Position numbers and translations under genes: made by a program. This document shows, one piece after another, positions 49,781 through 64,000 of a DNA stretch of 64,000 bases. Each line of letters opens with the position of its first letter. Position 1 is the stretch's first letter. A model generated the notes under the pieces. That model did no database searches, was not told the origin of the DNA, and saw only the letters and a list, made by a program, of their open reading frames with translations. Source of the DNA: Nemertoderma westbladi (lineage: Eukaryota > Animalia > Xenacoelomorpha); the NCBI GenBank assembly GCA_032718475.1, contig JAUCBJ010005028.1, positions 51,450-115,449 on the forward strand, written 5' to 3'.

Positions 49781-52700
49781 CAGGCCTCCCAGAGTTTCCT
49801 TTTTTCCTTTTTTTCCCTTTTTTTAGAACGTTTCCTTTTTTTCCTTTTTTTTAGAATTTTCCCTTTTTTCCTTTTTTTTGTGTCCATTTTCTCACCTTTT
49901 TTTCCTTTTTTTAGTTCAGAAAATAGCCTGCTGTAAGTTGTAACATGTTCTGTTCAGTACAAGGCAGTGGGGAGACAGCTGGACAGGTCGTGCAGTTTAA
50001 TCAATTACCGGTACTGTACCACTGTCTGACTGTAGTTCCATATATGACGATTTCAGTACTTACTATATACTATCAGTATAATAGTCCTTGGCTTGGCAGT
50101 AAACTAATATAACAATGTACAGGGCAAGTGATTTTCCTGTTATCTGCAATCATACTTAACGGTACCAGTACCAATGGAAACCATTAGATCCAAGCAATCA
50201 TTGGCAGATAAGCTGAAATTTCAGCTTGCTGCTGATATTGACAAGGTTATAACAGAGATTGACGGGCATATGCCTATTATATTTTGATTAGATATTTTTT
50301 TACAAAAATCACAAGCTAAGCTACCATAAAAATGTAGTTGTGGAGAGAACTTTAATATATTTATTTCTGAGACAGAGGCTGTCTCTGTCTCAAAAAATAT
50401 GTATATTAATGTTATCTCTGCAGCTACATTTTTAGCCTGTGATTTATTATAATTGACGCAAAACCGCCTTGGTGAATCAACAATGATGATTTCAATTTAG
50501 GGAAAGGAAGAGGTTGCAGTGGCAGTCTATTGTAACCAAAACAATTAAAGAAAGTCTATAACACGGTTACAGATTCATTTTTGCTCGCAATCGGCTGTTA
50601 TTTGCGTCCATTTTCCCCTGGATATAGCCACGACCGGAAATCCATTCCAAAGGTTTTATTTCACTTTCAAACTAAAGTTATATTTACAATCATTTGATAA
50701 ACCTCTATCAATGACCATCAATCGGCCGAGCTCAATCATCTCTGATAACTAGGCAAAAAAGTTGAAAGTATCTGTATAATAATATTAATATATTAACTGT
50801 ATTCTTTTATTCAATTCAATTATTTGCTGCATTCAGGGATGTTTTGCCTGACATCACACTGACCCCTGCGGAAGACTTAATCATTCTGGGCTCCCCAATC
50901 GGACCAAGGGCACTGACATCTGCATTGACAGATAAGTATGACGCTCTGAAAGTGTTTGCAAGTCGCCTCCTCATCCTAAACAGCCATGATGCCTACTACC
51001 TTCTCCGTAACTGCCTTGCTATCCCAAAGCTAACTTATATACTCAGAACTTCACCTGCATTTGTGGCAAAGGAAATCCTCTCTGATATGGACAACTGTCT
51101 ACGTGAGACCCTAGCATCCATTACCAATGCGTCTATGACTGAATCAGTTTGGAGGCAGGCCACCCTACCATGTTGCCTGGGAGGGATTGGTATCCCAATG
51201 CCATCTGTAGTTGCTCCTGGTGCATATCTGGCTTCCGTCAGTAAATGCCGTTCCCTAACAAACCAAATTCATACTGTCGATGCCCCTGCAACAACATTCC
51301 AAGACGCACTAAATGTCTGGCGTTCACTAGGTGGAACTTGTATTCCAAATCAACTTGACTCACAGAGAAGTTGGCTTGAACCGCTCTATAAGCTTCAGGC
51401 TGACCAGTTACTTACATCCGCAAGTCCATCAGATACAGGTCGTATCAGGGGGTGCCAGGCACCAGGATCTGCCGACTGGTTGAACACACTTCCATCTGGA
51501 ACACTTGCCCTCCGTTTGTCGAATGTACAGTTTACGATAGCTGCTGGCCTACGCCTCGGTGCACCTGTTTGTACTCCCCATACTTGTGTATGTGGCGCTG
51601 AAGCTGATGGTCTTGGCTACCACTCTTTGTCGTGCAAATCGACAAAGAGTAAACACGGACGACATAGGGAGGGGAATAACGCCATACATAGAGCGTTTTC
51701 TTCGGCAGAGATCCCGTCCACACTTGAACCTGTTGGACTCTGCAGGAATGATGGCAAGCGGCCAGACGGCGCAACTCACCTAAACTGGTCCCAGGGAAAA
51801 AGACTGGCATGGGACTTTACTTGTGTGAATCGCATGGCAGCTTCATACAGCAATTTGGCTGAATCGGAGGGTTCTGCCGTAGCCGAAATGGCCGAAGCTA
51901 GAAAGATCGCCAAATACAGCGACATTTCGTCTACTGTCATTCTCCAACCAATCGCGGTGGAAACGCTAGGAGGATTTGGTCCTCTGACTTTAAAGTTCCT
52001 CCGCGAAATCGGGAGAAAGACAATATCAGTCAACGGCGACCCGCGCTCTTCTATATACTTGAGACAGCGCCTCGGCATCTGCGTACAGGCTGGAAATGCC
52101 TCTTGCATCATCGAGTCACTAAACTACACGCCACCGATACCAGTAAAAGAACTTTAACAAGACAATGTGATAGCATGGTCAGCTGACACGCATGCGTATT
52201 TTTCCCAAATGTTTTTTGGAAAAAATCCAAGTCCGTATTCGTGCTGATTCCATCTCTCGTAACAACACTGAATTATAATGATTACACCGACATCCTGGGG
52301 TCCGATCTAGCTTCATAATAGGGCAAAATTTCGTATATATTTGTAAATGATTAAATACTTGCATTTACAATCTTTTTTCTTTTTTTATACTTATTAATAT
52401 ATTTTAATATTTTTAATAATTAATATTTTAATATTAATCATAAATGCTAATTTTTACTCATTACTACATTTTACATTTGATTAAATTTACTTAGGTTAAT
52501 TTACAATAAGTTGAGTAAATTTTGTAATAACATTAATAATATTTATTAATTATTTATATATTTATTAAATCTATTGTCTATTCACTATATATTAACTATA
52601 ATTAATTTTATTATATTCCCATTGCCATTGTTCTCTTTCCTCTGTGTTTATATTTTTTACCTTTCTTTGATATCTTCCTGTCATTTAAAACAGTGACGTT

Positions 52701-52957
52701 TCTTATGGGATTCTTCATACAGGTAGTATATACAGTAAAGTTAATGAGATAGAATCAAGAAACAGCACTAAAGACATAATGTTTACTATTACTTTTGTAA
52801 AGATAATATCTATTCAGTTTTTCCCTTTTTTTTGAACTGTATCCGATCCTTTTTTTCCTTTTTTTGAACTGCATCCTTTCCTTTTTTTCCTTTTTTTTTT
52901 GAAAATATAAAATCCTTTTTTCCTTTTTTTTCTCGATTTTTTTGGCTGGGAGGGCTG
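49781..52957. mobile_element. Putative decayed hAT-like TIR element enclosing the CRE-like ORF
   Basis: Ends CAGGCCTCCCAG / CTGGGAGGGCTG match 11/12 as inverted repeats. TTCCTTTTTT subterminal arrays lie at both ends. No clean TSD. Confidence 0.5.
50844..52157 (+). mobile_element. CRE-like non-LTR retrotransposon 3' fragment (post-RT region, Zn knuckle, RLE endonuclease)
   Basis: Motifs ILGSPIG, QATLP..LGGIG, WL..LPS, CVCG...HSLSC, RH, KRPDG and PIAVETLG. The RT core is absent. Confidence 0.85.
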
Positions 52958-54655
52958 AACAGTTCATCTGTTGGCCGCTAGGATATATTGCAATAAACCT
53001 AGAAGAAGTAGCTACTGTATAATTATAGAACCAACCTTCAGATTCATCAGAATTCTACCACTACTTTGTGCTGCGCGAAATCCCCACGTATGTGTTTATA
53101 TGATTGATAGCAGTATGTTGAAAATGTAGTTAATTAAGTATAAATACTCTACATCTAAAGCAGAAAATTTTCAATAAACTCTCACAATGAATCACTAAGC
53201 GATACGTTTGCATCTACACGTCACAGACATCAGACCACAACTTGACCCGAAAATGTCCGAGCTGTCGTCCTCCACATTTAACCTTGGCAAAGTTCGACGC
53301 CTTCCCATCACTTCTTTGCCATATTTGCGCACCCCGCCGTTAACAAACTAATTCTGGACAGTGCCAACTGACAATACAATACAACACAGTTCACCCATTG
53401 TGTGTCATACGAAGCCACTTATGATAATATTGCACGCGGGTAAATAGACTTTAACTTTAGTTCAACCCAGGCCTAAAGCCCTACTTTAGAAATAATTATT
53501 AGTTGTAAACGTATCTGCGAAACCGTATCGCAGTTGACAATTGGCTGTTCTACGTTCAGTGTGCTTGGATATTCATTCTGTCAAATATAATCTAACTGCC
53601 TATTTCTCCACTGAAAGAATTGAATTGAATTTATTTTCATTTCAATCAATAATTATATTATTATGATTTGTTTATTCGCTTTAAACAGCTACTTTACTTA
53701 GACGTACACAGAACCGGAAGTTATACGAACCGTTAACATATTTGTTATGATTATTTCATGATATAACTATAGCATAAAACATGTAACAACATTAATATTA
53801 ATTGTATAATTAATAATAACATTATGTATTATTTAAGCACAATTTCATCAAACGCGTAACAATATATGTAAACTTACATTTTAGTAGGACATTGTTAAAA
53901 TATTATGCCAAGAAGTGTCTTTTTTGGGAAATATTACTAACTGTGTCATATTTAAATATTATTTTTAAATAAATTGTAATAAAATATTATTTATTACTGT
54001 ACTAATGTAATTTAGCGGCCTATGTCGCGTCTTTGCCATATCCCGAAAAAATTATCCTCCTGAAGAAATATAAGGACTATTTTGTATTTTGGTAAATAAA
54101 TATGTTTTTATTTTATTCCCCAATTTAAAAAAAAAGACAAACAGACATAACAAACAGACATAACAATACTAATTTATTCACTGCTACCGACATTAACAAT
54201 ACTAATTTATTCATTGCTACCGACATAGGATGTAGTAAATATAAGATATGTGGCCACATGTAGTCTACAAAATGTATTGTGGTTTGTCCGGAATTTAATT
54301 ACAGACAATATAATACTATATCACTACTAAAAGTACAATATATTTGGTGTTTGAGTAGAGTGATATTGTAGTGTAGCACTGTAGGTGTTAGATGTTAAGT
54401 GATATAATTTTATTTGATACATACATAGAGTAGGCCTAATACTAACAATTCTATAATAGATATGGGTGCCTGGCGCAGTTAGAACTTAACTTGGGCTTTA
54501 TTGTAAAAGCAAGAGGAATTACTATTTACTAGACTAAACCGAGATACCTAAATACAGATACGAGGTCTTGGTCTACCTAGGTTTACAACTTAATAATTGA
54601 GAATATCAAACACCTTGGCAACACAACGATTAAACCAACTCTCTTCTCTACAACA

Positions 54656-63865
<9,210 letters not shown>

Positions 63866-64000
63866 GTATTATTTTTATTATAGATTTATAGTTATATACC
63901 TATACCTACACGAAGTGGGGCCTTCGCGCAGCACGTGACTTAAATTTAATTTAAGTACTAATTCGAAAGTATTACTGTATTAGCAAATTTTAAGCAGATT

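Overview
AT-rich, repeat-dense eukaryotic (animal-like) genomic DNA with four host genes. (1) The 3' eight exons of an ER Hsp70, BiP/HSPA5 (6264-19108, ends RDEL), whose introns are filled with tandem repeats. (2) An intronless Lifeguard/TMBIM gene (24090-25040). (3) An intronless ACSF2-like acyl-CoA synthetase split by a 1.6-kb hAT insertion. (4) The first four coding exons of an MPRIP/outspread-like PH-domain gene (54656-63865), which the ORF track misses. Mobile DNA includes a THAP/P-like transposase next to a decayed PWWP gene, an internally deleted BEL/Pao retroelement carrying an intact GC-rich hATm transposon, a LINE hit by two nested inserts, two CRE-like RLE fragments, a tRNA-derived SINE and a HINE-like element. 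The most notable observations are: intronic tandem arrays whose units contain copies of the adjacent real splice sites, in two unrelated genes; a perfect 155-bp inverted repeat carrying two minimal hammerhead ribozymes with a target-site duplication; and a CRE-like element abutting a histone H3 fragment. All calls come from reading and translating by eye; no database search was run.
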